Of a stretch of 64,000 nt of DNA, positions 11,264-24,703 are shown piece by piece (positions within the stretch are counted from its first letter, which is position 1; the number at the start of each line of letters is the position of its first letter). The DNA comes from Octopus bimaculoides (lineage: Eukaryota): assembly GCF_001194135.2 (NCBI RefSeq), contig NC_068984.1, positions 140,833,861-140,897,860 on the forward strand, written 5' to 3'. A program made the translations under genes and the position numbers. The notes below the pieces were generated by a model, which had not been told where the DNA came from, ran no database searches, and was given only the letters and a program-made list of their open reading frames with translations.

Positions 11264-11500
11264 ATGAAGGCGGCGCGCTGGCAGAAACGTTAGCACGCCG
11301 GGCAAAATGCTTAGCGGTATTTCGTCTGCCGGTACGTTCTGAGTTCAAATTCCGCCGAGGTCGACTTTGCCTTTCATCCTTTCGGGGTCGATTAAATAAG
11401 TACCAGTTACGAACTGGGGTCGATATAATCGACTTAATCCGTTTGTCTGTTCTTGTTTGTCCCCTCTGTGTGTAGCCCCTTGTGGGTAGTAAAGAAATAA
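11264..11500 (+). mobile_element. Family A SINE, well-preserved copy
   Basis: aaggcggcgcgctggcagaaacgttagcacgccggg...gagttcaaattccgccgaggtcgactttgcc. Confidence 0.75.
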
Positions 11501-11984
11501 CACCTCAGTGAATGAATCAACAAAATGCAAGAAAATTTAACTTGTAAAGTGTAAAATAATTTTTAAGAACACAAACTTTCTATAACAATGTAGACCACAA
11601 TGTTGTTTTGTCAGCTTTAAAAAGGCTTTCTTTGAGCAGTTGTAACTCCACTTTGATAATCTACCGCGTAAAATCCAGTTAAATAGACTAATTAAAGTAT
11701 TCGCCAGCGCTAACCAGCAAGTGTTACAAAATGCATAAAATTTAATGAGCCGTGAACTATAGCCTCTAAGTGCTGGTTGTTAGATAAACTGTGTCTGAGT
11801 GTGTAAATAAGAGGAGATATTTCAAAAACAGAGAGCTCAACCATGTTTTTAATGAGCAAGGTTTTAAAAATATCCCCAATGAACACTCTTCAAACATACT
11901 GTCAGCAAACAAAGATTTTTTGAATACTTCCACTGGACAGAGATTTTAAAATACCTCCCACTCAAAAAGAAATCCCAAACATAT

Positions 11985-12146
11985 AGGCGCAGGCATGGCT
12001 GTGTGGTAAGAAGCTCGCTTCTGAACAACATGGTTCCAGGTTCAGTCCCACTGCATGGCACCTTGGGCAAGTGTCCTCTATTATAGCCTTGGGCTGACCA
12101 AAGCCTTGTGAGTGGATTTGGTAGATGGAAGCTAGAAGAAGCCCAT

Positions 12147-12215
<69 letters not shown>

Positions 12216-12628
12216 CAGGATAGACTTCCATGCCGGTGCCATGTAAAAAGCACCATTTGAGCATGATCATTACCAGCATCGCCTTACTGGCACTTGGTTC
12301 GGTGGCATGTGAACAAAACATTCAAGCAAGGTCGTTGCCAGTGCTGCTGGACTAACTCCTGTGCAGGTGGCACGTATAAAACACCATTTAAGCGTGGCCA
12401 TTGCCAGTACCGCCTGACTGACCCTCATGCCGGTGGCATGTAAAAGCACTCACTACACTCTTGGAGTGGTTGGTGTTAGGAAGGGCATCCAGCTGTAGAA
12501 ACTCTGCCAGATCAGATTGGAGCCTGGTGCAACCATCTGGTTCACCAGTCCTCAGTCAAATCGTCCAACCCATGCTAGCTTGGAAAGCGGACATTAAACA
12601 ATGATGATGATGATGATAATGATGATAT
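11985..12628 (+). mobile_element. Family B SINE head, (TA)n(TAGA)n, then RTE 3' tail repeat
   Basis: Family B motifs 11985-12150; RTE tail 12225-12628. Confidence 0.7.
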
Positions 12629-13706
12629 ANNNNNNNNNNNNNNNNNNNNNNNNNNNNNNNNNNNNNNNNNNNNNNNNNNNNNNNNNNNNNNNNNNNNNNN
12701 NNNNNNNNNNNNNNNNNNNNNNNNNNNNNNNNNNNNNNNNNNNNNNNNNNNNNNNNNNNNNNNNNNNNNNNNNNNNNNNNNNNNNNNNNNNNNNNNNNNN
12801 NNNNNNNNNNNNNNNNNNNNNNNNNNNNNNNNNNNNNNNNNNNNNNNNNNNNNNNNNNNNNNNNNNNNNNNNNNNNNNNNNNNNNNNNNNNNNNNNNNNN
12901 NNNNNNNNNNNNNNNNNNNNNNNNNNNNNNNNNNNNNNNNNNNNNNNNNNNNNNNNNNNNNNNNNNNNNNNNNNNNNNNNNNNNNNNNNNNNNNNNNNNN
13001 NNNNNNNNNNNNNNNNNNNNNNNNNNNNNNNNNNNTGTGTGTGTGTGTGTTTCTCTTCCCATCGCTTGATAACCAATGCTGGTTTGTTTATGTCTCTGTA
13101 ACTTAGCAGTTCGGCAAAAGTGACTGATAGAATAAGTACTAGGCTTACAAAGAATAAGTCCTGGGGTTGATTTCTTTGAGTAACACCTTTTAAAGTGGTG
13201 CTCCAGCATGGCCGCAGTCAAATGACTGAAAGAAGTAAATGAATAAAAGAATACCTCAGTAGGTAGAAATTGCAAACTAAAAACAGCCCTTGATGGAAAA
13301 AGCATCATCATCATCATCATTTAACGTCCATTTTCCATGCTGGCATGGGTTGGACAGTTTGACAGGTGCTGGCCAGCCAGGGAGCTGTACAGATTCCAAT
13401 TGTCTGTTGTGACGTGGTTTCTACAGCTGGATGTCCTTCCTAATGCCAACCACTTTACAGTGTGTGCTGCGTGCTTTTACGTGGCACCTCAAAAAATGCC
13501 CACTGAGAACAGAAATTTAAAAAAAAAAAACCCCACAGTCGATAACCGTCTTAAAAAGACCTTCAATAGGTAGAGATTTTAAAAAAATCCTCAGTGGGTA
13601 ATCATCTCAGAAACAACCCCAGGGAACAGAGAGTGGTGGAAAGGGCACCATGCAGCAAATACTGACGGCTTATGGTATTGATGATAGAGTGAGCATACTC
13701 ATGTGG

Positions 13707-14091
13707 CAGGCATGTGGCATCAGTAATTATTCAGAGTAAGCAGTTGCTGATCTTTATGTAGTAAAACACAAACAATAAACGAAGCATAGACGCATGACTG
13801 AGTTGTAGGCAGATTTACTTTTGCCTTTATAGCACATATACAAAACGGTGTTGTAGGAGTGTACACAGCACATTTATTACAGAAGTATTATACATAGCTT
13901 ATATACTGAGATTGAAAAGCAGGGGCGAATTATGCCTACCTAATCTACAAAAAAAAAAAATATATATTCTGCATAGAAATCAGAGTAACCTTCATAATTG
14001 TATTGAATTGGGTGCATATTTTGCTATAAAAGGAAAATGTTGCTATTGATCTATTTTAATCTACCTAGTCTACCTAGGCAGTATGTCCCTG
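13707..14091 (+). mobile_element. hAT-like MITE, copy 1
   Basis: Homologous to 50727-51108; CAGGCATGTG terminal inverted repeat (degenerate here). Confidence 0.55.
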
Positions 14092-14184
14092 CTATGCGGT
14101 ATGTCTTATTACAGATGATGATGATGATGTACAATACAGCCAATCATTACTTAAGGGTGATGATTGGCTTCATAATATGGACCA

Positions 14185-14349
14185 TAGGTGCAGGTGTGGC
14201 TGTGTGGTAAGAAGCTTGCTTCCCAACCACATGGTTCTGGGTTCAGTCCCACTGCATGGCACCTTGGGCAAGTGTCTTCTACTATAGCCTCAGACCCACC
14301 AAAGCCTTGTGAGTGGATTTGGTAGATGGAAACTGAAAGAAGCCTGTTG

Positions 14350-14402
<53 letters not shown>

Positions 14403-14635
14403 ATGTGTGTGTATATGTTTGTGTGTCTGTGTTTGTCTCCCCAACATCACTTGACAACCGATGCTGGTGTGTTTACGTCCCCGTAACTTAGCGGTTCGGC
14501 AAAAGAGACCGATAGAATAAGTACTAGGCTTACAAAGAATAAATCCTGGGGTTGATTTTTCTAACTAAAATTCTTCAAGGTGGTGCCCCAGCATGGCCGC
14601 AGTCCAATGACTGTAACAAGTAAAAGAGTAAAAAA
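14185..14635 (+). mobile_element. Family B SINE, full length
   Basis: Head, internal (TA)n(TG)n, tail ending agtaaaaga. Confidence 0.75.
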
Positions 14636-14939
14636 GTATGTATGTATGTATACATGCATGCTTGTAGTTCTATGCATATACAGGTGTGTAGTCAACATGG
14701 AAATATCTCAAACTATGAGGGACTCACCCACACCTGTACACTCACTGTCCAACCCTTCACTCACTCACTCTCTCTCTCTCTCTCACATTCCACCAATTCC
14801 ATTAGAATTTATGGGTTTGACCTTTGCACTTGTAACCAACAACTGAAATTAAAATGAAAGGAAACATCAAATATCTTTGATGTCATTATTTGCTAAGTTA
14901 ACATTTTCCACTTTCATTTAAGTATCATAGCACTACTAG

Positions 14940-14973
<34 letters not shown>

Positions 14974-15197
14974 ACTACTACTACTACTACTACTACTAAT
15001 AATAATAATAATAATCCTTTCTACTATATGCAAAAGGCCTGAAGAAGAGAGCCAGTCGATTAGATCGTCCTCAGTACACAACTGGTACTTAATTTATTGA
15101 CCCCCAAAAGGATGAAAGGCAAAGTCAACCTCAGTGGAATTTGAACTCAGACGAAATACCACTAAGTATTTCACCCAGTGTGCTAATTATTCTGCCA

Positions 15198-15235
<38 letters not shown>

Positions 15236-15246
15236 TACTACTACTA

Positions 15247-15279
<33 letters not shown>

Positions 15280-15508
15280 GTTTCAAATTTTTCTGCAAAG
15301 ACAGCCATTTCGAGGAAGAGGATGAGTTGATTACATTGACCCCAGTGTTTAACTGGTACTTAATTTATCGACCACATACAGACAGACGATGGGCTAACGG
15401 TTCGGCCAGCTCACTGCCTTAATGATAATGATCATAATCATGGTTTCAAATTTTTCCACAACGGCAGCCATTTTGGGGGAGGGATGCCACCTTAATAATA
15501 ATAATAAC

Positions 15509-15873
15509 AACAAGAGCACTCAGAAAGCGCAAACCTCCGCCAAAGCAACACCAACGATTAGCCAGAGATGATTTTTAAAATGAGAATATCTGAAATGAAT
15601 TCAGATTGCTCTCACCAATGAAAATACAAAAAAATGAACCCAACTGCTCTCAAAAATTAAGTAAAAAAACGGAAAAATAATCCAGAATCCTTGCCCGGTA
15701 CTGGATTGATCCCAAAATCTAATCAGTTCATGCCAGTCACAAGGCCAAACATCCCTGAAAGTTTCATCCAAATCTATCCGGCACTTCTTGAGATATCTTG
15801 TCCATGGACAAGCAAACAAACAAACAAACATAACTGAAAACAATATCTCTGCCTTCGCTAAGGTGGAGGTAAT
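15509..15873 (+). mobile_element. Non-autonomous Helentron/DINE-like element
   Basis: Subterminal inverted repeat acctccgcc / ggtggaggt, internal (AAAC)n; second partial copy at 38003-38225. Confidence 0.45.
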
Positions 15874-16070
15874 AATAAAAGATGAACTTGCAAGAATGTG
15901 GGCAATGAAGAGAGTAACCGTTATCCCAGTAGTTGTAGGGGAGCTCGGAGCACTAACAACCAGGTTCTAAAGATATATTAGAGAAAATGGAATTGACATG
16001 AGGGCAGCGCAGGCCAAAAAACTGCTCTATTGGGGACAGCTAGGATTTTGAGATTGGTGCTTCAGTGTTG
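15874..16070 (+). mobile_element. Second R4/Rex6-like RLE LINE C-terminal fragment
   Basis: IKDELARMWAMKRVTVIPVVVGELGALTTRF*...KTALLGTARILRLVL (one frameshift). Confidence 0.75.
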
Positions 16071-16221
16071 AGTGTCTTCCAGAGTAAGTTAACATCTAAA
16101 TACCAAAGCTTATAATTATAAGGGACCCTGTGAGACCCTTGGCAACAGGTTGCTGTCCACTCTCACAGAATCAACCAGAGCAAGTAAGACTGAGCGGTCT
16201 GAGAAGTAAAATAATAACAAT

Positions 16222-16537
16222 ATGGTGGCACGTAAAAAGCACCATTTGAGTGTGACTGATATCAGTGCTACCTAACTGGCACCCGTGCCAGTGGCATGTA
16301 GAAAGCACCATTCAAGTGTGGTTGATGCCAGTGTCACCTGACTGACTCCCATGTCAGTGGCATGTCAAAAACACCCACTACACTCCCGGAGTGGTTGGTG
16401 TTAGGAAAGGCATCCAGCTGTAGAAACCTTGTCTTATCAGATTGGAGCCTGGTGTAGCCTCTTGCCTTGCTAGTCCTCAGTCAAACTGTCCAACCCATGC
16501 CAGCATGGAAAGCAGACGTTAAATGACGATGATGATA
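16222..16537 (+). mobile_element. RTE 3' tail repeat
   Basis: Tandem units plus conserved tail. Confidence 0.7.
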
Positions 16538-16775
16538 AATAATTCTTTTGTATTTCATTTCGGAATAAATCCATCAGTTTTGAGTGTGTTAGTCCATACC
16601 ATCAACTAAAGTAGCAGTATTTGATTGGTATTTATATTTTTGACCCGAGAGAGATAAAAAGCAAAGTTTTCCTCAGCATGAACTGAACTCTGAATGTAAA
16701 AAGCCAGAAGAAACATTGTAAAGTATTTTTTTCTTCTGATACCTGAATGATTCTGCCAACTGACCATTTTGAATT

Positions 16776-16996
16776 TTTTAGCATTTAGATTACTCTGTCG
16801 AATGTAATGCTTATTCATTCACGTCATTTTCAATTCGTCATGCATGTTCTCACAGCTTTAAAATTTCAACGATGTGGTAACATTTTCTTAGAATGACATC
16901 ATAGGTTAGGTGTAAGAGGTTGAATCTGGCTGGTTGAACATAGAATAGGTCAAATATTTGGGCTGGATATGGCCAGTTTAAATGCTAAAGGGTTAA
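16776..16996. mobile_element. piggyBac-like MITE (left end eroded)
   Basis: Ends aaatgctaaaggg|TTAA; tttagcattt at the left is the remnant inverted terminus. Confidence 0.5.
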
Positions 16997-18042
16997 ATAA
17001 TTGAAGACCACCACCACCAAGAAACAAACCACATATCTGCTGGTGATTTTTTCCCTCAGTGGTGGTTACATTCATTTACATTGGTTGTGTAGGGGTTGGG
17101 ATGTTAGAGGTGATGGTAGTGATGGTTGTATTGGTGATGCTGGTGGTAGTTGTGGTGGTGATGGTACAGGTAGTAGAGAGAGGTGATGGTGATAACAGTA
17201 GAAGCGCTGGTAATGATACATGGCAGAAGTAAAGCAGATTACTTACATAAAGGGAAACACTTAGGTTTTCTTGGAAAATGGAATGAGACTGTGTGATGTC
17301 CATACTTTTCTTCAGACCTTTTACATCATATATGCGTTAGGAAGAAGTATCTATGAAATTAAATCTGTACCATGATCCCAGGTAGCTAACACAGTCAATA
17401 CTAATGAAATTCAAAGGGGAATGACAGAGCAAATGGTGGATAAGTGACAAGTCATGTGATGTGTGATGTCAGTAAAGATACAATAGCCTTTTTTTATTTT
17501 GTGACTCAACAGAATTGGCAGAAGGGTTTTATCAGTAAAGATTTAAATGATTTCTGACTGATAGATATTTGCCATGACCTGTCTAGGGTCAGTGTTGAAT
17601 GGTACAATATGCATAATTTCTACAATGTGGTTGCACTGATCTTAATCAGTGACCGGTCACCTTCATACACCACACTACTTCAAATTCACACAACTACATA
17701 AAAAAATGTCTTTACATATTTAACTGACAGTGACATGCTCGAATGTTTAAATTTATTTTTTTACTTCCTATTTATTCTGTGTTATGCATAATATGCACAT
17801 AATCATCATTTAACATCAGTTTTCCATGTTGGCATGGGTTGGACAGCTTCACAGGAACTGGCAAGGCCAGGGACCACACCAGACTCCAGTCATCTGTTTT
17901 GGCTTGGTTTCTACAACTGGATGCCCTTCCTAATGCCAATCACTCCAAGAGTGTACTGGGTGTTTTTTTATGCTGTACCATCACCAATATGTTTTATGTA
18001 GCACCTTGGTTTTAGGGTCTCAGTTCTATTGTGGTGGGTGGG

Positions 18043-18144
<102 letters not shown>

Positions 18145-19045
18145 GTTTTTGCAAAGAATTCTCGATACAGTTTCAATATTTCAAGAAAGATTTTCTTAAA
18201 TTAAAAATTTCTAATTATATAAAAATTCCTTGAAAATACAGAATAACACAAACTTTTTTGGAAGGAATTTTCAACATAGTGTATATTTTCACTGTTTACA
18301 GTTTTTCAAACACATGTGTTATGGAGAAATCCATATACAGCAATTTTTTTATTTATTTAATAGTGGTGTTGACTATTTCTTGCTTAATTTTAGATTTAGA
18401 ATTCTTTTGTAATCTTTTGCTTTCCATAGTTGATCATTTTCTTTGTTTATTTTAAAAAACTGAATTTTCCTTTTGTACAAATGTCAAAATGTTCACTACA
18501 TGGACCATTTCTAAGAGCTGATTCTTTGATTTGTTGTTTATGTACCCTAACCCGATCTACTAATTTTGATCCCATTTGGCCAATACAATTCTTATTGCAT
18601 TGCAAAACAAAAATATCTGATTTACTGCATCACACACCGAAAACCTTGAATATGAACATATCAAAATGGATGATGTCATATCATAAAACCAAAGACAGTG
18701 GTCTCAGGTGGGTTGGTGCTATAAGGGTTAAGACGTATGGAGACAAGAAGAGTGATGAAATCCTGTTATTCAGAACATTCCAACTTCTATCTTCATGGAA
18801 AAGAAAGCCAAAACAAAACCAGATGTTCATCTTATGACAATATTAAACTACCACTAGCTTTCTAAGCAGATGGAGTTTGAAAGACACCAGACTACCTAAT
18901 TAGCTAATTAGTCTACAGCTGATTAATTTCCCATGTCAATATTTTTAGGTGTAACAAATGCGATTCTTCAAGTTTACAGTACGTCTGATACAATATGTCA
19001 CCATGTTGCATTGGTTCAATTGATTCTGTCTCTCAGATTGTTATC

Positions 19046-20310
19046 AAGTATATTATGTGTGTGCGTATGTATATGTGTATGTGTGTGTATGTATGTGTGT
19101 GTGTATGAATATGTGTATGTGTGTATATGTCTGTGTGCATGTGTGTGTGTGTGTGTGAGTGTCTGTGTGAATGTGTGTGGGGTTTAATGTGTGTGTGTGA
19201 GTATGTGAGTGTGTGTGTGTGGGGGGAGTGTGTATGTGTGAGTGTGTGTGCATGTGTGTGCATGTGTGTGTGTATGTGTGAGTGTCTGTGTGAGTGTGTG
19301 TGTGAGTATGTGCAAGTGAGTGTGTGTGCATGTGTGTGTGTGAATGTGTAGGGTTTAATGTGCATGTGTGCCTGTGAGTTAGTGTGTATGTGTAAGTGTG
19401 TGTGCATGTGAGTGTGTATGTGTGAGTGTCTGTGTGAGTGTGTGGGGGGTTTAATGTGTGTGTGTGTGAGAGAGTGTGTGTATGAGAGTGTGTGAGCATG
19501 CGCGAGTGAGTGTGTGTGTGGGGTTTGTATGTGTGAGTGTGTATGTGTGTGTAGGGTTTAATGTGTATGTGTGTGTTAGTGTGTATGTGTGAGTGTGTGT
19601 GCATATGTGTGTGACTGTGTGTGTGCATATGTGTGTAAATATGTGTGTGTGTATGTGTAAATATGTGTGTGTGTATGTGTATCTATGCATACATGTATGT
19701 ATAACATCAACATCATTGTCATAATAATCTTCCTCATCGTCTTCACATCCATATTTCCATGCTTGCATGGGTCAGATGAAATTCATTCAAGCAGATCTTC
19801 CATGGATGAGGGACCTTCCAGTTGCAAAGGTCTTCTTTCAGTTTCTGTCTTCCAAATCCACTCACAAAAGTGTGGTCAGCCCAGGGTTATAGTTGAAGAC
19901 CAAAGTGTTATGCAGTGGAATTGAACCTAAAATCATGTCATTGAGAAGCAAACTTCTTAACCACACAACCACACCAGCACCTATGCATGTATGTATGTAT
20001 GTATGTATGTATGTATGTATGTATGTATGTATGTATGCATGCGTGCATGTCTGTATGTATGTATGTATGTATGTATGTATGTATATGTGTGTGTACATGT
20101 GTATATATGAAAGTATGTATGTATGAAAGTATGTATGCATGTATGTATGGATGTGCATATGTATGGATGGATGTGTGTGCATGAATGAATGTATGTATGT
20201 ATGGATGGATGGATGGATGGATGTACATTTGTATGTATGTATGTATTATGAAAGTATGTATGTATGTATGTGTGTATATATGTATGTATGTGTGGGTGTA
20301 TGTATGTACC
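19046..20310. repeat. Complex (GT)n/(ATGT)n microsatellite tract with an embedded family B SINE (minus, about 19790-19985)
   Basis: Direct inspection; source of several spurious H/T/C/V-rich ORFs. Confidence 0.9.
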
Positions 20311-20517
20311 ATATTTTAACATGTACAAAGAACCCTTTTTAGTCAAAAATTAGGTTAAACAAATACGGGAGTTTCTTATACATAGATAGTATTATAATCC
20401 CTTACAAGACCTTTATTCCAAATTTTAAGCCCCCCCCCCCAATTTAGGGGGTTCCTTATACACAAGGGTTCCTTGTGTATAAAGTACAGTATGTATGTGT
20501 TTATGTATGTATTTATG

Positions 20518-20872
20518 TGGGAGAGGATAGGCATCAGGCTGGCCACCAAATTCAAGGTGTACCAAGCAGTCGTACTGGCTATGCTAATGTATGCCTGCGA
20601 GACTTGTGTTGTTTACAAATGCCATGCTGAAAAATTAAATCACTTTGACATGTACTGAATGAGAAAGCTGTTGAAAATCACCAGGTAAGATAAGGTTCTC
20701 TATTGAGCTGATCCGCCGAGTGTTTACAGACTGCTGAAGAAAGTGCAGAGCAGGTGGGCATGCCACCTTGTTTGAATGCCTGACATGCGACTCCCTAAGG
20801 GACTGTTTTGCATCAAACTAGTGGAAGGCAAGCACATGCAAGGTGGATAGAAAAAGCACTTCAAAGACACAC
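20518..20872 (+). mobile_element. RTE LINE ORF2 fragment (post-RT region)
   Basis: WERIGIRLATKFKVYQAVVLAMLMYACET...LNHF...RW..HLV*MPD.RLPK.LF..L..GK...GG*KK.FKDT. Confidence 0.8.
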
Positions 20873-21343
20873 CTACTCTACACTGTTGAATTTATTACCA
20901 ATATCATGCATGCCATTTACATTCGAACAGCACATACATACACCCATATGCATACACCTTCCTGATACCTCATATATATTACCATCCACACATACACATA
21001 CCCCTTCATCTTACTCCTCACGCACACTTACAAGCACCCACACTTCAATCCCACACTTCCTAACACCTACCACTTACACCTACCACTTCTATGACCCAGT
21101 AAGGCACACGTTGCGTCCTCCTGTGACACACACATGTTAGAGAGCCTCACACACATATACATGCACCTACATACACATATACACATGCAATATACATGCA
21201 CATATTAACTTCAAACATACACACGCTTATATGCATGTGTGTACCCCCACACACTTATGTCTGGTAGTCTTAAACACATACATAAACAAAAAATAAGATC
21301 ACACACACATATACATATACACACAGTGTACATGCATCCCTCA

Positions 21344-21426
<83 letters not shown>

Positions 21427-21977
21427 CAGACAGACACAGAGAGAGAATATACATACATAATGAATCACTAGTTTAATTATGGCTTACGGTCCAAGGGGGC
21501 ATAACTCTAATTTTCCTGTCTTTTTTTTACTCTTTTTTTATTCACCTTTCCACTTGTTTTTGCATGTTTCTTTTTCTTTTTCTCCTAATTTCTCTTGTGT
21601 CAGTGTCTTGATCTGCAGACTGAATAGACCATGTGATCAGAGCCCTAAGACTGTTTGATGTTGCAAGGCATGTCATAGCAACCTGCCTTGACCGACGCCG
21701 CCAAGCAAGAAGCTGTTTGTAGTCTGTATCTTCATACTGTGTATGTATGACAAAGTGAAACTAGGCCAAAGTCACATGATCTGGTAGTCCGGGCAGTGGG
21801 GATGGCGGTGATCGTCTCTTGCTGACAGTGTAAATAAGAGTGCTCATATGCATCATAAAACCATATGAGAGATTCTCTCATGGTAGCTATCACAAACCAA
21901 CCAATTAAAATGATTTTAACAAGCCTTATGTGGTTATAACGTATCAGCCACACAAAAGATGTAATATTTTTTGCAAA

Positions 21978-22390
21978 GAAGGCAGTGAGCTGGTAGAAAC
22001 GTTAGCACGCCGGGTGAAATACTTGGTGGCATTTCTTCTGTCCTTATGTTCTGAGTTCAAATTCTGCCGAGGTCGACTTTGCCTTTCATCCTTTCGGGGT
22101 CGATAAATTAAGTACCAGTTGTGTACTGGGGTCGATCTAATCGACTGCCCCGCTCCCCCCAAAATTTCCGGCCTTGTGCCTAGAGTAGAAAAGAAACGTT
22201 AGCACGCCGGGTGAAATACTTGGTGGTATTTCTTCTGTCTTTAGGTTCTGAGTTCAAATTCTGCCGAGGTCGACTTTGCCTTTCATCCTTTCGGGGTTGA
22301 TAAATTAAGTACCAGTTGTGTACTGGGGATGATCTAATCGACTGGCCCCTTCCCCAAAAATTTTGGGCCTTGTGTCTGGAGTAGAAAAGA
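21978..22390 (+). mobile_element. Head-to-tail tandem dimer of family A SINE
   Basis: 21978-22192 and 22193-22390 nearly identical; the second starts at agaaacgttagcacgccggg. Confidence 0.8.
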
Positions 22391-22480
22391 ATACTGTTTG
22401 TGCAATCTTAATTATATGTATACATATACACACACACACCCTCACTCACATGTGTGCATGCTCGTGCACACACACACATA

Positions 22481-23845
22481 CAAAGTGGGGCACAAAGATC
22501 TCCCACATTTGGAGTAGGCACTGTACAGGTTGTAGTTGGGATAGAGAGGCAGGATAGATCTCATTCGGTAGGTTTAGGCTCTATTATTTTCATTTTTTTC
22601 ATCAGCTATTATAACAATTTCTCTGTCATGTCCATTTTCTCTAACAATTATTATAACAATTTCTCTATCATTTTCAGAACCCTTCATGAGTTTGACCAGT
22701 GAACACCATGGGTTTGTTGGTCAAGTGTATTATGAAAACAACCAATCTGTAATATCACCACTGGGAGCATTCCATAGATAGACACTTTCTGCTTGGTCTA
22801 AATGCATCTGAACCAGATCAGAATATAATTTTGCTTTAGATTTCTAACCTTCAGGCAACTGGATCCACACCAAAAAGAAATTCACCTGGAACACCTAGGA
22901 CCATTAAAACTCCAGAATATATGGCAGCAGTAAAAGCATCCCTACAGCAGTCTCTAATGTGTTCTGCTTGTAAGCATAGCATAGCACTAGCAATATCAAG
23001 TCAGAGTTTGAGGAGGATTCTGCATGTTGATTTGAAACTGCATCCTTACAAAATGATGTTGGTTCAAGAATTAACTGAAACAAATCATAACAACTGCTGA
23101 GCCATATGTGCGAATATTCTTGCAAAAGTTCCCACTGCTGTTCTTTTAAGTTCTGATGATCCTCAGTTCCATATCAATGGAGCCAGAAACAAACAGAATT
23201 TTTACTACTGGGCTGAACATAATCCTCATGAACTCCACCAACGACTGCTTCGCTCTCTAGGTGTAACTGTTTGGTGTGAAGTTGTTGACTTTGGTGTGGT
23301 TGGTCTGCACTTTTTTGAAAAAAGTAGTGCAACAGTTACTGTTACCTCGGGCTAGTATGTCAGGCCTTTTTGAGCTCCAAACTGGACGATTTGGAGATTG
23401 AACATATGTGGTTTCAACAGGATGGGGCCACAGTTCACACAGTACGACATTCGCCCAGACTGTTGAGGGAAATGTTTCTAGGCATTTTATCGCTTTAAGG
23501 AGAGACATGGGGTAGCCAGCAAGGTCACCATATTTAAGCCCTTGTGAATTTTTCCTTTGTGGGTACCTAAAGGAGAGGGCTTTCCGACATCATCCTCAAA
23601 CTCTTGAGGGTTTGAAGGAACGGATTAGAAAGGAAATTGATGCAATTCCACCTTAGATGACACAGAGAGTCATGGAGAACTTCTGGGAATGACTCCATCA
23701 ACAGCCACAATTTGTCCGATTTAATTTTTAAAACCCATTCAAACAAAACTATTTTTTATGCACTTTTTAGAAATATAATCAGTTTTTCTTTTGATAGTTG
23801 TGTTCTTTTTTTATATCCATTCAAAATGTGGGAGAACTTGAGCCA
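22481..23845 (+). mobile_element. Tc1/mariner DNA transposon (rosa/DD41D-like), decayed, with TIRs
   Basis: SLRRILHVDLKLHPYKMMLVQEL...SSDDPQFHING..NKQNF.YWA..NP...VTVWC...WFQQDGAT.HT...PARSP.LSPC.FFL.GYLK; TIRs gcacaaagatctcccacatttgga / ttcaaaatgtgggagaacttgagcc; 5' TA. Confidence 0.8.
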
Positions 23846-23856
23846 TAAGTTACCCT

Positions 23857-24228
23857 CAGCTGCCTGGATAGCCACCTTTGCTAGCTACATAGATGATACA
23901 AAAGTCTTGCAGAAAATACACCAGCAATGTTGCACATCTGCAGCAGGAGTTGGACTCAGTTTACAGATGGGCTGAGGACAATAATATGCAGTTTAATGCT
24001 GGAAAATTCCAAGCCCTCTGCTACCAGTGAGGGACCTGGGTGTTGACATGAGTGCTGATACCTCTTTCGAAGTGCACATTATCAGGATGGCAACAAAGTG
24101 CAGATGACTGGCTGGATGGATCCTGAGAACATTCAGAACCAGAGAAAAGGAAACCATGATGGTCCTTTGGAGAACATTCATCCTCAGCTGCCTGGGTTAC
24201 TGCTCCCAGCTATGGTCACATAACAGTG
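23857..24228 (+). mobile_element. CR1/L2/Jockey-group LINE RT C-terminal fragment
   Basis: YIDDTKV...LQQELDSVYRWAEDNNMQFNAGKFQ...VRDLGV...FEVHI...GWILRTF...YCSQLWS. Confidence 0.8.
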
Positions 24229-24341
24229 AAGGGAATAGAAGGGAGTTACAGGAAGCTAGCTGGTTGCTATAGCAACACACTTCTGTGCATGTCCACTCCA
24301 CACACGTTCACACACACACACATCAGCAACATTCATCAATT

Positions 24342-24385
24342 TCTTGAAAATGGGGTCATAACCCCGAAATATTGAATACAAGGTA
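24342..24385 (+). ncRNA. Degenerate hammerhead-like motif
   Basis: tcttg-[aaaa]-T-GGGG tcataa CCCC-GAAA-tattgaa-TA-caagg; stems I and II intact, CUGANGA core damaged. Confidence 0.3.
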
Positions 24386-24650
24386 AGTCTACATTAATTC
24401 ATATATTTGTTTTCTTGTGATTTACCTTGCATTTACTTCGCATTGTTTTGGCCTTACCCACCATCTTTTATACAATATATATATATATATGTATGTATAT
24501 ATATGTAACAATAATATTAGGGATAAAAATCCAAATTTACAGGTAAAAACTCAATTCAATTCAATTTATTAAAAATTAAAATTAAATTAAGTTTCATCGA
24601 TGAGTTCATGAACCTTGGTTCTTTTCTCTAAAACTATATCTATATCTATA

Positions 24651-24703
<53 letters not shown>

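Noticed and set aside
17247-17350. Candidate minus-strand exon with AG acceptor and GTAAGT donor
   Set aside because: All three frames contain stops; no other support
19033-20346. His/Thr- or Cys/Val-rich ORFs (also 29210-29931, 43932-44383)
   Set aside because: Translations of (CA)n/(TATG)n microsatellites
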